A stretch of DNA of 64,000 nt from Octopus vulgaris (taxonomy: Eukaryota). Below, piece by piece: positions 12,789 through 28,284 of this stretch (positions are counted from its first letter, which is position 1; each line of letters begins with the position of its first letter). The position numbers and the translations under genes were made by a program. The stretch covers positions 1,240,001 to 1,304,000 of the forward strand of contig OX597833.1 of the NCBI GenBank assembly GCA_951406725.2. The letters run 5' to 3'. Under the pieces are notes generated by a model, which searched no databases, was not told where the DNA came from, and saw only the letters and a list, made by a program, of their open reading frames with translations.

Positions 12789-13553
12789 TCAATATAGGGT
12801 AGCAAAAAAATTCAGCAGAAATTATTTTGCCACCAATGGTCTAGTGGGAAAAAGGAAATAGTCAGAGACTATTAATAAATTCAACAACAAATTAAGGAAC
12901 GGCCATAATAGGCCGTTCAACCCACTAGAAATAACAGCCAAGGCTTCAACCGCAAAATAGTAGTAATTCCGTAAACCAGAAGAAAATTAAAAAAACATTT
13001 ACCCCGTTCATCTTTAGACAATGCATTGTTTCATCGTTTTTTAATGGTAAATCAGCCTGATTAAATTAAATCAAGTCAATCTTCCATAGGCCAACAAATT
13101 CATCAGTAAAGAAAGCCAGGAGGGAGAGAAATTACACGAGGCAGCAACATTACCGCTTCGGCAATATCTGACCTAAAATTTTCGAACTCATCGTACTCTC
13201 GCCAAATTTATCGGCAGCAAATATAAGCTGCCGATTCCATTTCGGAATTAAACAGAAAACTCATAATTAATCAATATAGGGTAGCAAAAAAATTCAGCAG
13301 AATTTATTTTGCCACCAGCGGTCTAGTGAGAAAAAGGAAATAGTCAGAGACTATTAATAAATTCAACAACAAATTAAGGAACGGCCATAATAGGCCGTTC
13401 AACCCACTAGAAATAACAGCCAAGGCTTCAACCGCAAAATAGTAGTAATTCCGTAAAACTGGTTTACGGAATTACTACTATTTTGCGGTTGAAGCCTTGG
13501 CTGTTATTTCTAGTGGGTTGAACGGCCTATTATGGCCGTTCCTTAATTTGTTG

Positions 13554-13555
<2 letters not shown>
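12781..13555 (-). mobile_element. Family F HHR element: 482-bp unit + partial tandem copy + inverted segment, flanked by (TA)n
   Basis: ATAATTAATCAATATAGGGTAGC at 12781 and 13263; 13463-13555 is the reverse complement of ~13365-13457. Confidence 0.85.
13011..13112 (-). ncRNA. Type I hammerhead ribozyme motif with extended stem II
   Basis: UCUUUA CUGAUGA ...~70 nt... GAAAC AAUGCAUU GUC UAAAGA. Confidence 0.7.
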
Positions 13556-13627
<72 letters not shown>

Positions 13628-13823
13628 GTGTTCTGTATCCTTTCAAAATTTCTCCCAGGCGTTACCCATAACAGTGCGTCTTGGCCTGACGGCCCTTTAT
13701 GCTTGTCTTCGTCGATTGTTTACTCCAGACGTCCATCCTGTCGTGGTGTGTTCGTTTCAATCTCTAATTCTCCAGAAATTTTATTTTTAAAAAAATTTTT
13801 GAATGCTGTTGTTTTGTGAAGTT

Positions 13824-13886
13824 TTTCTATATTGTCGTTGAAAGCACAAAATAGGGAGTAATTAATAGTCGACAACTGAGAAGGGG
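13824..13886 (+). ncRNA. Decayed non-circularly permuted hammerhead motif
   Basis: UUUCU AUA UUGUCG ... aAAAU AGGGA ... CGACAA CUGA-GA agggg; two core lesions (G12 to A, N7 deleted). Confidence 0.45.
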
Positions 13887-13973
13887 TTAGATTTCTTTTG
13901 GTATTTTGTCCCGTACTTCTCTCTCATTGTGTGTTTACATATTTTTCACTTGTACTTGATGTATTTTATACAT

Positions 13974-14370
13974 CAGGAGTGGCTGTGTGGTAAGTAGCTT
14001 GCTAACCAACCACATGGTTCCGGGTTCAGTCCCACTGCGTGGCATCTTGGGCAAGTGTCTTCTGCTATAGCCCCGGGCCGACCAATGCCTTGTGAGTGGA
14101 TTTGGTAGACGGAAACTGAAAGAATCCCGTCGTATATATGTATATATATGTGTGTTTGTGTGTCTGTGTTTGTCCCCCTAGCATTGCTTGACAACCGATA
14201 CTGGTGTGTTTACGTCCCCGTCACTTAGCGGTTCGGCAAAAAGAGACCGATAGAATAAGTACTGGGCTTACTAACAATAAGTCCCGGGGTTGATTTGCTC
14301 GACTAAAGGCGGTGCTCCAGCATGGCCGCAGTCAAATGACTGAAACAAGTAAAAGAAAAAAGAAAGAAAA
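13974..14370 (+). mobile_element. SINE family B
   Basis: Full head, CORE-like box and 3' domain. Confidence 0.9.
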
Positions 14371-14454
14371 TAGATACATACATACATGCACATATATATA
14401 TATATATGTATATATAAATATATATATGTATATACATGTGTGTGTTTATATATA

Positions 14455-14499
<45 letters not shown>

Positions 14500-14504
14500 T
14501 TCGC

Positions 14505-14757
14505 CACCCCCCCAGGACTTATTCTTTGTAAGCCTAGTACTTGTATCCGTTTTTTTCCGATTCGCTAGGTTATGGGTACGTAAGCACACCAACATCGGTT
14601 GCCAAGCGATGGTTGGGCGCAAATATAGACGCACTTATGCACGCATACACACACATACACACAGACACAGACACACAGACACACACACACACACACACAC
14701 ACAGATATATATATATATATCTGTGTGTGTGTGTGTCTGTGTGTCTGTGTCTGTGTG

Positions 14758-14812
<55 letters not shown>

Positions 14813-14990
14813 ATGTATGTATGTATGTATATTCAACGGGTTTCTTTCAGTTTCCGTCTACCAAATTTACTCAAAATGCTTTGGTCGGCCCCGAGGCTAT
14901 AGTATAAGAATCCTCCCAAGATGCCACGCAGTGGGACTGAACCCGGAACCATGTGGCTGGCAAGTAAGCTTCTTACCACACAGCCACTCA
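14505..14990 (-). mobile_element. SINE family B
   Basis: Reverse complement of the family B consensus. Confidence 0.85.
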
Positions 14991-15513
14991 TATATACAGT
15001 AATAGCTCCCTTTACGAGGACCCGGTTTACGAGTTCTATTTTTCAAGCTCACGATCCAAATTTCGAACGAAAAGCAAAACAACGATAATAATAATAATAA
15101 CAATAATATTTTTTTGTTATAAATGATTTTTACTTTATATAATATATTCTTTGTATTCTTATGTTGATTTATTGCCATTGATTTACGATTATTATAAATA
15201 TAATTTGTAAAATATATTAATGAGAGCGAAGTCTGATATATAACTTTGCTACTATGGAAAATTATTGCTCTGCTTAATGTGTTTTATAACACGTCTGACA
15301 TCTCGGCACACTCGTCAGGCACAGCCCACATGGCACAACGAACTAATGTTGGAATCCATTTTCAGTTCGTTATGCCCTATGGGCGATGTCTCAGGGCTCT
15401 GCCTGATGACTAGGCCGAGATGTAAGACGCATTATAAAACATTGTTTGGCATGTTCTCAGCACATGAAACTAATAGTAACATATAAAAACATTTATTGCG
15501 AGTATTAGATAAT

Positions 15514-16267
<754 letters not shown>

Positions 16268-16815
16268 TATATATATATATATATGTGGATGTAAATCCCT
16301 ACATCCCTCCATTATCTATGTGGCCTCCACATCGAACTTGGTACAACTGTAATTATCCACCTATGCATCAGCTATTTTGTTTAATGAAGTGTTAAGCTGA
16401 CAGAATCATTGGTGCGTCGGGAAACAGTTCCATGTAAAGTGTTCTGACCCGTTACGTTCTGAGTTCGATGCCTTTCAGGGTTAACCATCACGATAGCTAC
16501 AACAGCAAAATCAATAACGATTGCAAAAGCGATTGTAGCCACAACACTTAACAGCAGCAACAACCACAACAACAACAGTAAGAAAAGTTGCAGCATTTCA
16601 GTCTGAAAGCAAAAGAAACAGAGCAGAAATATTTTGCGATGACATTTGTAAAGGCTTTAATAAACGCGAAAAACTGCTTCAAGATTTGGTTCCAGGTAGA
16701 GACTTAGGAATGCCAGTAATATAATGAGGGAGATTTCAGAGTTTATTTCCTCCTCTGGCATTGCGCTTTTTTAAGATGATGCATTGCTGAGGTCAGTTTT
16801 ACCTTTCAACCATCC

Positions 16816-17040
16816 AATTTCTTTACTACACACAAGGGGATAAATACAGAGGGGACAAACAAGGACAGACAAACGGATTAAGTCGATTATATCGACCCCA
16901 GTACGTAACTGGTACTTAATTTATCGACCCAGAAAGAATGAAAGGCAAAGTTGACCTCAGCGGAATTTGAACTCAGAACGTAACAGCAGACGAAATACGG
17001 CTACGCATTTCGCCCGGTGTGCTAACGTTTCTGCCAGCTC
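16816..17040 (-). mobile_element. SINE family A monomer nested in an older family A copy, 15-bp TSD
   Basis: ACCTTTCAACCATCC at 16801-16815 and 17041-17055. Confidence 0.9.
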
Positions 17041-17204
17041 ACCTTTCAACCATCCGCGTTCGATAAAATAAAGTACCAGTCAAATAATATGGTCATTGTA
17101 ACTGATTTACCCCTGCGACCAAAATTGCTGTTGATTTCACCGAATTAGGCATTATGCAAAGACTATTTGCTAATCGAGAAGAGGAAATGTTTTAATGCTT
17201 TAAA

Positions 17205-17415
17205 AGGCGATGAGCGGGCAGAATCGTTAACCCGTCGGACAAAATGTTTGGCCTCATTTCGTCGGACTTCAATTTCTCAGTTGAAATTCCACCAAGGTCG
17301 ACTTTGCCTTTTATCTCTTTCGGGGGTTGATAAAATAAGAACCAGTTGAAAACTGGGATCGATATAATCCCTTTACCGGAATAACTGGTCTTTTGTCCCA
17401 AAATTTGAAACCGAT
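17205..17415 (+). mobile_element. SINE family A, short form
   Basis: GGCGATGAGCGGGCAGAATCGTTA head; GGTCGACTTTGCCTTTTATC body. Confidence 0.75.
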
Positions 17416-18491
17416 ATTTTCCCACATTGTAGAACAGATGTTTGCTGCATGTGTACGGATGGAGTTTATTCGATAGTTTCGAGTCAGAAGATTAAGGCGT
17501 ATTTCTGAAATAATTAAATTTTTAAAAATAGTCGATTGAGAGAAAGACAGAGGAATTCACTCGCAGACAAATAAATAGACGGAGAGAATGGCGGACAAAG
17601 AGAGTGATGAAGGGACATCGGGACAAACAGATTGATACAGCGCAGAGAATAGAAAGGAGGTGATAAAAAAATGAAAAAGAGATAGAATAACGAAATTCAG
17701 ATTGCTAGAGATGATGAGATTAGCGAGTCTAGATTCGAAACGCTGATATTACGTGTAATGATAACGGTCCAGAAGATAGAGGAGAAGGAGGAAGCGGAAG
17801 AAGAGGAAGACAAGAATAAGGAGGAGGGTAAGGAGGAAAGGAAAGGAGGGAAAGGAAGGAGGGGCGGTGATGATGATGTAGGAGAAGAGGAAGCGTAGGA
17901 AGATAAGAAGATGAAGGTGAAGATGAAGTGTTTGTGGTGGTGGTGGTGGTGCTGCTGGTGGTGCTGGTGACTATTTTACAAAAATATGACGGCATTAACA
18001 ACAGCAACAATAACAACGGCAATAACGAGACGCAAGAAGATGAAGGTAAAGATTTTAACGAACTTGTAAAGAGGGAAAAGTAAGAAACGGAATAAAAGAA
18101 AGAGAACGGGAGACACAGAGAGATGAAAATGATATGGTATGAGACAACAGTCAAAATACGAAACTAAGGTGGTGAATATAATGAGAACTTTGTAACCAGA
18201 CAACGAAATAAACACGAGCAATTTAAAGAACATTGTTGGATTTGCGAACTCTGGATCTATTTGTTTGTCTTCCGTCTAATTGTTTATCTATAATGTAAAA
18301 ATGGCCCCTAACCTGGGAATTCCCGCACACCTGAAGATCAATAAGGTTGTACCTGAGACCAGTGAGTTGTTTTCAAAACACTAAGATTGCAGTGTAATCA
18401 GCATAATGATGTAGTCACACGCAATAGAATATATGTACATATATACACTCTGTTCTTATTCTCCGGCCCCTCTGTCTGTCTGTCTCTCTGT

Positions 18492-18541
<50 letters not shown>

Positions 18542-19379
18542 AACCATTTAAATCTCTGGCATTAGTATCTATATGATATGCTTTTGACGACCTTCTCTTG
18601 ATGAGGGGAGCCGGACTACCTGTCATATTTCCGTATGACTGTTTACTGGTTGCATACCCAATATATTTGCATATTCGACTTGCAAATTATGAACATCACG
18701 ATTATTAGGTAATTCCGACCTTACCGAATACATGCATAACATCGAGGAATTTCAATACGTTTACGGAACATGTATAACTAAACTTTTTCTCTATTGCCCA
18801 GAAATCTTGAAATAAAACTAAACCATGATATACATACTTGCGTATGTACTTAGAGATATATGCATGCACATATATATATCCATTTCCTATGTTATTCACG
18901 GTCGTCCATTTTCTCTATCCCGCAGGCTAACAATATATCGGTGTTATATATAAGTCACGTGACAATTGCAACGATTTGGTAAATAAAAAAATCGATATCA
19001 TCTAACACACATAGACAAATATTTCTATTCACTGTTTACCACAGATCAATCAGACGTATATCATGCACAAAGGCAACGATATGCATCTTCAAAATCGATC
19101 ACATCCGTAGACCCTTACTTTCGTCAAACACCAAGAATGTCAGTAACATAAATTCAAAAGTCACAAACGCTTCCGGGTACAACTGAACGACATATAGATG
19201 CATATGAAGAGATTTCAGACTTGAACGTGTAATTATGCTGTCAGTAACAGATTTAAATATTCAGACTAATATAGTGAAACCTCTACATGTACACATAAAT
19301 ATCATTCCTGCTGAGGCGATATATGAAGTATTACTTAACGGCTGTCAAATTATCGCCACTATGCAAATTAGTTTAAACA

Positions 19380-20160
19380 CTGTATGATGCGTCTTCTCCG
19401 TATCAAAGGAACATGAAAATTAAACGAAATTTGTAAACTTTCAGGAAGTTCAAATCTCACGTGATTCTATTCGAAATACAAACTTCATAATGGCGAAGTT
19501 ATTCTAATAAATTCTTCATTGTTTTGAAAAGTAACTGAGACAAAGTAACGTATTCAGCAGAAATGTGGGAACAAAAAGAAATGGAAACCTTTTATGTTCC
19601 AAACACCAGTTTAATAGCGACAAAGAATTCATTGTAACAAAGTTAGTGTTTCAACCGAAATCTGGCAACAAAAGGGTTAAAGTAACCTAAATTAAAACCT
19701 TCCATGTTTTTTTGCAATAATCCCAAAAACCTCCTTAATAAGAACAAAGATGTTTTACTAAATTCTTCATTTTTAAACTGAGTTAAAACAAAGCAATGTA
19801 TTTCTGTAGAAATATAAAAACAAAGAAAGTTCAAGTGACGTGAATTAAAACCTTGCATCAGAATCTCATGCTAATTTATGTTGCACAGAACAGCTTCATA
19901 ATGGGAAAATAATTTTAGGTAAATTCTTCATTATTTTTAGGATTTATTGTAACAAATGCTGTATATTTCCACAGAAATACTGCAACAAAAGAGCTAAGAT
20001 TGGAATGAAAAACATCGATCAAAATGTCATCGTAATTTAAGTTGCAAACAGGAAAGTTAATTATTACAAAATTATTTAACTGAATTCTTTATTATTTTCA
20101 AAATTAATTGAAAACAAAAGCATTGCATTTCTGCAGAAATATGGTAACAAAAGAGTTAAG
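19380..20160. repeat. Degenerate ~160-bp AT-rich tandem units ending AACAAAAGGGTTAA (possible piggyBac-like MITE end)
   Basis: Unit ends near 19580, 19680, 19830, 19998 and 20159; the terminus reads TTAACCC on the minus strand. Confidence 0.5.
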
Positions 20161-20294
20161 TTCCATTCCTCCACAAAACCACAGTATTTTTTTCTTTTTG
20201 ATTTTTCTTCTTTTTTTTTTTTCATGATTTGGTTTCATTCAGTGAAAGGCGATATTGCTCGATCAGTGCCTTCGTGAATTAACTTTCGTTCTTT

Positions 20295-20498
20295 TATTTT
20301 CTATTCCGGGCACAAGGCCCGAAATTTTTCGGGGAGGGTGCCAGTCGATTAGATCGATCCCAGTACGCAACTGGTACTTAATTTATCGATCCCGAAGGAT
20401 CTCTCCCTATCTATCATCTATTTATGTATCTCATTTTCTTTATAATTCTATGCTTTCCTTTTCAGTTTTTACCAATTTTGTGACACTCACAATCGTCA

Positions 20499-20563
<65 letters not shown>

Positions 20564-20778
20564 GTTTTCTACTCTAGGCCCAAGGCCCGAAATTTTGGGG
20601 GAAGGGGCGATTCGATTAGATCGACCCCAGTAAGCAACTGATACTTAATTTATAGACCCCGAAAATATGAAGGGCACAGTCGACCTGGGCGGAATTTGAA
20701 CTCAGAACGTAAAGACAGACGAAATACCGCTAAGCATTTCGCCCGGTGAGCTAACGTTTCTGCCAGCTCTCCGCCTTA
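20295..20778 (-). mobile_element. Two SINE family A copies (one partial, one full)
   Basis: 3' part at 20295-20400; full copy at 20565-20778. Confidence 0.8.
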
Positions 20779-20875
20779 ATGTGTATATAATATTATTGTA
20801 TAAATGTATGTATATATTCATTACATTCATACACATACTAAATATATAGATATATATTATATATATATTTGTGTG

Positions 20876-21056
<181 letters not shown>

Positions 21057-21466
21057 GCACAGGCAAATATGCACACTCTCACACACGTATGCGTGTATGT
21101 ATATATGTATATAACCATTAAGTGTTTTTAGTATGTAAACGGTGGATGAACAAAGAAAGGAAAGAGGTGATTCCATCACATATTACCAAGAAATACTATT
21201 AAATGTCTTAGAAATGTATTGGCAAATATCTTCAAAGCGTTCTGCGGCATGGAATATAAATATCATCATCGCAGTCACCTTTGGCAATCATCATCATCAT
21301 CATCTTTCTCATCATCCTAATCATCATCATCGTTGTCATCATCATCATCTTCATCTTTCTCATAATCATCATCATCGTCGTCGTCATTATCATCATCATC
21401 TATCTCATAATCATCATCTTTCTTATAATCATCATCATCGTCGTCATCGTCATCATGATCATGTAT

Positions 21467-21517
<51 letters not shown>

Positions 21518-22509
21518 GTCGACGTCTTCGTTGTCGCCAACAGCAACATCGGCATCACCATCGTCGTCGTGATTATCATCAACAACCACATCATTCTACA
21601 TCCATTCTCCATGCTTTCATGGGTAGATCTCGTTGAAACGGCTCGAAGGAGATGAGCGAGGGTGGTGGAAAGCATATCTGAATCATATATATTATATTCT
21701 TAACTTAGCTTCTACGGCTAGATATCCATTCTAACACCAACATCTCCACAGATGCTACTATACGTTGCTTATCTTAGCACCAACGTTAGGGAGGTTGTCG
21801 TAACCGCCTCGAAAACGCATGACTTAAGAAAACCTTAGACATTATTTTGTCTCCGCACTTCTGTAAAACACTTTACAGGGTACCCTGATTGAATTTAACA
21901 TGGTATTACCACTAGGGAGAATGTTATGACCTCATTACGACAAAATTAAAGGGGGTTTTCTACACCATATTGTCTGTTTTCGTTTACTATTTGCTTCACA
22001 GTATAAACCGTGGGCAGTTTAATGTAGCCTCAACGCTAGTGGTGTTGTTATGTAACCTGCAAGACAACAGGGTGTCTTTGTTACTTCTGCTCGGCTGAGC
22101 AGGACTGGTAAATTGGGTGGAACAGTGGATGACTACAAAAGATAGGCCAGGCGGGTGGAGGAAGCGAAACCGGTGATAATAATGAAGATGTGTTATCAGG
22201 TAACAAAGTATAGGGACTTAGAAATGAGAAAGACGGCGGGAGGATTAATTAAAAGGGATACTAAAAATAACTAGGCCGTAATTGCAGGATGTAATGAGCG
22301 ACAGTAATTAGAGTGGACAGAAAGAAAGACAGAACGAAAGAAAGAAAGAAAGAAAGAACGAAAGAGAAAGAAAGGTAAAATGGGTGGAATATAAGAATTA
22401 AAGGTCCGACAGCTGTTTCTGGGGATCGCCGATCCATGTGTCTATATATAGCTGTATGTATATGCGTGTATATACATTTATATACATATATATATATACA
22501 TATATATAT

Positions 22510-22586
<77 letters not shown>

Positions 22587-22697
22587 TGTATGTATGTATG
22601 TATGTATATATAGTTGAACATTCGGTTTGATGTTTGCATGCAGGAATTTAATATGTAGAGATATTTGTAATGGTTATATCAAGTGTATAAAAATATG

Positions 22698-22775
<78 letters not shown>

Positions 22776-23149
22776 TGTATGTATGTATGTATGTATGCGT
22801 ATGTGCATGCGTGTGTGTGATGTAAAACATTCGTAATAATTACATAAATATATCTGTCTGTATATATAAGCGCATATACAAACATGTATGTATGTGTATA
22901 TAGATATGCACACACACACACACATACAACAAACACACGCACTACTGTCACTCAATCTATATGTGTATGCCTGTTTGCCAGTGCATTTATATATGCAGGA
23001 ATGTATACGCGTATGTACACATATGTAGAATATATATATATATATATATATATGCGCACATACATATATATTTATTTATATATATATATATACATATATA
23101 ATTTTTTTTATTTATTTATATATATATAACTTGTTATGAAATGTACGTA

Positions 23150-23181
<32 letters not shown>

Positions 23182-23598
23182 AGTGTGTATGTATTTATGT
23201 ATATGCATGTACTTGTGTATGTATATGGGCCTGATGGTTTGTTCATATTAACACGTATCTTCTATAAACAAATATGATATTCTTCATAACACCTGAATCC
23301 CAAAGAATATATTTTATAAAGAATATAAAAGCGAACGATATTGAAACCAGTTTTACAAAACTAATATATCACACAACTAGTTTCATTTCATCATTCTATA
23401 GATTGAAATATCAAGAGCAGAGCGCTTTAATGAAAAGTTATATTTAGTATATAACCGAATTCTTGCAATCTTACGTGAATATGTGTGTGTAGGTATGTAT
23501 GTATGTATTCTCAAATACATATATACATTTATGAATATATAACGTACATATGCATAAAAATATACACATATATATGTATGTCAATATATATATATATA

Positions 23599-23975
23599 GG
23601 CGCAGCTGTGGCTGTGTGGTAAGTAGCTTGCATAACAACCACATGGTTCCGGGGGCAAGTGTCTTCTACTATAACTCCGGGTCGACCAATGCCTTGTGAG
23701 TGGATTTGGTAGACGGAAACTGAAAGAAGCCTGTTGTATATATGTATATATATATGTGTGTGTGTGTGTTTGTGTGTCTGTGTTTGTCCCCTAGCATTGC
23801 TAGACAACCGATGGTAGTGTGTTTACGTCCCCGTAACTTAGTGGTTCGGCAAAAGAGACTGATAGAATAAGTACTGGGCTTACAAAGAATAAGTCCCGGG
23901 GTCGATTTGCTCGACTAAAGGCGGTGCTCCAGCATGGCCGCAGTCATATTACTGAAACAAGTAAAAGAGAAAAAG
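23599..23975 (+). mobile_element. SINE family B with a small internal deletion
   Basis: GGCGCAGCTGTGGCTGTGTGGTAAG head through GAAACAAGTAAAAGAG. Confidence 0.85.
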
Positions 23976-23998
23976 AAAAAAAGATATATATGCATATG

Positions 23999-24053
<55 letters not shown>

Positions 24054-24280
24054 TCTGTTATTCTTCTACTACTTTCAGTCATTTGCCTGTGGCCATGCTG
24101 GAGCACTGCCTTTAGATCGTCTCCAGAACTTTTCTTTGTAAGCCTAGTATTTATTCCATCAGTCTCTTTTGCCGAACCACTAAGTTACGAGGACTGAGAC
24201 ACACCAGCATCGGTTATCAAGCAATGGTAGGGGACACACACTCACACAAATACACACGCACACATATATAAATATATATG

Positions 24281-24328
<48 letters not shown>

Positions 24329-24364
24329 CCAGCGATAATAATTTATTTTATCGCAATTTGACTT

Positions 24365-24418
<54 letters not shown>

Positions 24419-24915
24419 TAGAAAAATTTGCCCTAGGGGCCACGCAGTGTGACTGAACGTGGACCCATGTGATTAGGAAGAAGCTTCTTACAACACACCC
24501 ACGATATATATCTATATCTATATATATATATATACATATATACATATCTCTTTTACTCTTTTATATCATACACACACACATACACACACACACACGCGCA
24601 AACACACACATATATATACATATTCTGTTTTGTTTCAGTTCGTTCAGTGAATAGACTGCGGCCATGCTGGGGCTCCACCTTGGAGAATCTTTATTACTAT
24701 GAATGGACCCCGTTATTTATGCTTTTAAAACCTAGTATGTGTGTGTAGGCATGTATGTATGTGTGTATGTATGTACGGTTGAATACATATATACATATAT
24801 GAACATACGACGTATATATGCACAAACATATATACATATATATATATATGTATGTAAATATAGATATATCTATAATATAGCATGTAAATAAATATATATA
24901 ATATATAATATATAC

Positions 24916-24955
<40 letters not shown>

Positions 24956-25834
24956 TATAATTGAAGAGATTAGAGTCAACAAGGAAACGTACGGTTGGAC
25001 CTTTATTCTTTAATCGTTGTAATTATTTCCACGCAACTTATTTCTCCAAGAATACAGGTACTTGATTATGCAATTGTTTCTTTGCATAACTAGATCTAGC
25101 CGTGTCTCCTCAGGCGATATGCGAGTGTTGTCACCGTTTAGTTTCAAATCGTCGACGACAGAGCCATATTCTCTGTGTGTCGTGGTTTTGAATTTAGTAG
25201 TAGCTGATTTTCTTCACAGCGAGTGCTTCGGTGGACTGTTTTGAATGGTAGTAAGATTTCAATGGAATTGGCATTTCATTTGGTTCTATCGCTGATGTGT
25301 TCTTCATGGTTGGCTAAACATGCTAATTTCCCTAGCTGACCTTTAGTATTCAGATACATACACACCTGCATTCGCACGCACAAACCTATATACGTATATG
25401 CATATATACACACATACATGCACTCACATATACATACACCTACATTCACGTACATACGCATACATACAGACATTTAGGCATCTATATATATATACATATA
25501 TACATATATAAATGAATATATATATATATATATATATATACATACATATATACATGAGTACATACACAGATCGACATATACACTTATGTAATTATATATA
25601 CACCCTTTCACAAATGAGGGTATACACATGTACCCACATACATATACATAGATAAATAAATTTATAAATCCACCCATCTTGACATCCACATGCATATACC
25701 GAAGCACGTGTTTACATACACAGTCTGACATATACACGAATCTATTTACCTACAACCTCGCATGCGGACTCTTAGCCTTATTAACATTATTATTATTATC
25801 ATTATAATTATTATTATTATTATCATTATTATTA

Positions 25835-25877
<43 letters not shown>

Positions 25878-25942
25878 CATTATTATTATTATTATTATTA
25901 TTACTATTGTTGTTGTTATTATTATTATTATTATTACTACTC

Positions 25943-25981
<39 letters not shown>

Positions 25982-26131
25982 TGTTGTTGTTGTTATTATT
26001 ATTATTATTATCATCATTATTATTATATATATACCCATATATAGATATATTTTTATATTTGTATGTGTATTCATCATATATGTATCATAAGGTATTGTCT
26101 CGGTTTCTGAGTAATTGTACATATATATATA

Positions 26132-26304
<173 letters not shown>

Positions 26305-26523
26305 TTGTTTGTGACACATTGTTTACGTCGCTGAAGAGGGGTTTTTTTTCCTCCAACGAAAGAAGTGTTGAAGAATATTCTCGAGGTTCCAGTATTTTTG
26401 CTGATAAGTTTCTCTCCTGTTTTCGAAATATAACACAGTATTTTACTTCACAAGATTTTTTTTACATATTTGCACTTGCACCCACCATCACCACCCAAAA
26501 TATATACACACACTCACACAACT

Positions 26524-26561
<38 letters not shown>

Positions 26562-26568
26562 ATATACA

Positions 26569-26612
<44 letters not shown>

Positions 26613-27624
26613 TATATATATATGAATACACGTGTGTATAAAATTCTTCTTCATTTTTCTAGTTTGTTTATTCATATTTTCTTTCTATTTTTTTTTTGTT
26701 TTTGTTTTCGAAAATGTTTACCATCTTTTCCACCATTTTGAATTCTGCATTTTCATGTTTTGATTTTTTTTTGTTTTGTTTTTTTCGTTTTTATGTTGTA
26801 AATATTTTTCTCTTTAATTCATATTTCGATTCATTTCTCTTTCTGCTTATATTGTGTTTTTTTGTTTTTTTTTTTTGTTTTTCTTCAATGATTATTTTCC
26901 TGTAGTTTTATATGTGTCTTTACTTGGTATGTTTCTGGACTATTTTACATTTTTCTTGTAAGGAGATGGATATGTTCCTTGTATTTGTTTATGTGTTGTC
27001 TTTGTCATGACAAAGTACCGCAAGAACCTGTTGGTGAAGAGTCTCAGTTGTACATAAAGTGTTTAAACCATTTAACTACGTGTATATATGTTTGTTTGTG
27101 AGTATGTGTGTGTAAAGGCACGTTTAACGTGTTCAAATGTATTCGGACGTGCTAAGACCTATCACTGTAGGAGTAGTCCCAAGAGAAAACTTTCTACCTC
27201 GACTTGTGTAAATATAGATTTTACTTTCCCCTGAGAATGACGTCATTCGATCATTGGACTGATGCCTTTCTGTGTTATTTGCTTTGTCAGCTACGAAGAA
27301 AAACTCAGTCACTGATACCTTGATAAATAAAGACTTTTACTTACCATGAAAAAGAAAATGGAATGTTTACTGATGTGTGTACCGCTTAGTCAAGCTAGAA
27401 TTAGCTAAATCATGACGCGCGTTAATATTCGATTTGCTTTCAAACTGTCAGCAATAGCTACCATGCTCCAAGCTTTAATATATTTATACGACTTATAGGT
27501 ATGTGTGTGTTTGTGTGTGTCTGTATGTGTGTGTGTTTGAGTGTGAATGCGTGTGTGCGTCCGTGTGTGTCTCTATATGTGTTCGCATATATGCATACAC
27601 ACATACATATATATATATATATAA

Positions 27625-27930
27625 AACCTCGAGCCGACCAAAGCCTTGTGAGCGGATTTGGTAAACGGAAACTGAAAGAAGCTCGTCGTATATATATATT
27701 TGTGTGCGTGTGTGTTTGTTTATTTGTGTGTCTGTTTCTGTGCTTGTCCCCCACCATCGTTTGACAACCGGTGTTGCTGTGTTTACGTCCTCGTGACTTA
27801 GCGGTTCTGCAAAAGAGACCGAAAGAATAAGAACTAGGCTACAAAATATAAGTTCTGGGGTCTTCGATTTGTTCGACTAAAGACGGTGCACCAGCATGGC
27901 CGCAGTCAAATAACTGAAGCACTAAAAGAA
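27625..27930 (+). mobile_element. SINE family B, 5'-truncated
   Basis: CCGACCAAAGCCTTGTGAG...CAGCATGGCCGCAGTC. Confidence 0.8.
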
Positions 27931-28176
27931 TGTATAGTCAATTCAAATTCGCTTTCTCCCCCTCACTCTCTCTCTCTCTCTCTCTCTTTCTTTCCCTCTA
28001 CCTACTTACCTACCTATTTCTCAGAATCTACCTGTCTATATGCCTGTCTGTCTGCGTATCTAACTATTTATATATCTATCTATTTGTCATGTATCTATTA
28101 ATCTATCTATCATACCTCTAACTATCTATCTATCTCTCTATCTGTTCATTTATCTATCTATCTATTTACCTGTCTG

Positions 28177-28237
<61 letters not shown>

Positions 28238-28248
28238 TTACCTGTCTG

Positions 28249-28284
<36 letters not shown>

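Noticed and set aside
21876-22060. TACAGGGT start as a Tc1/mariner TIR
   Set aside because: No matching opposite end or transposase remnant seen.
26325-26375. CTGAAGAGGG...CCTCCAACGAAA as a hammerhead
   Set aside because: No stem III/NUH and no stem I partner found.
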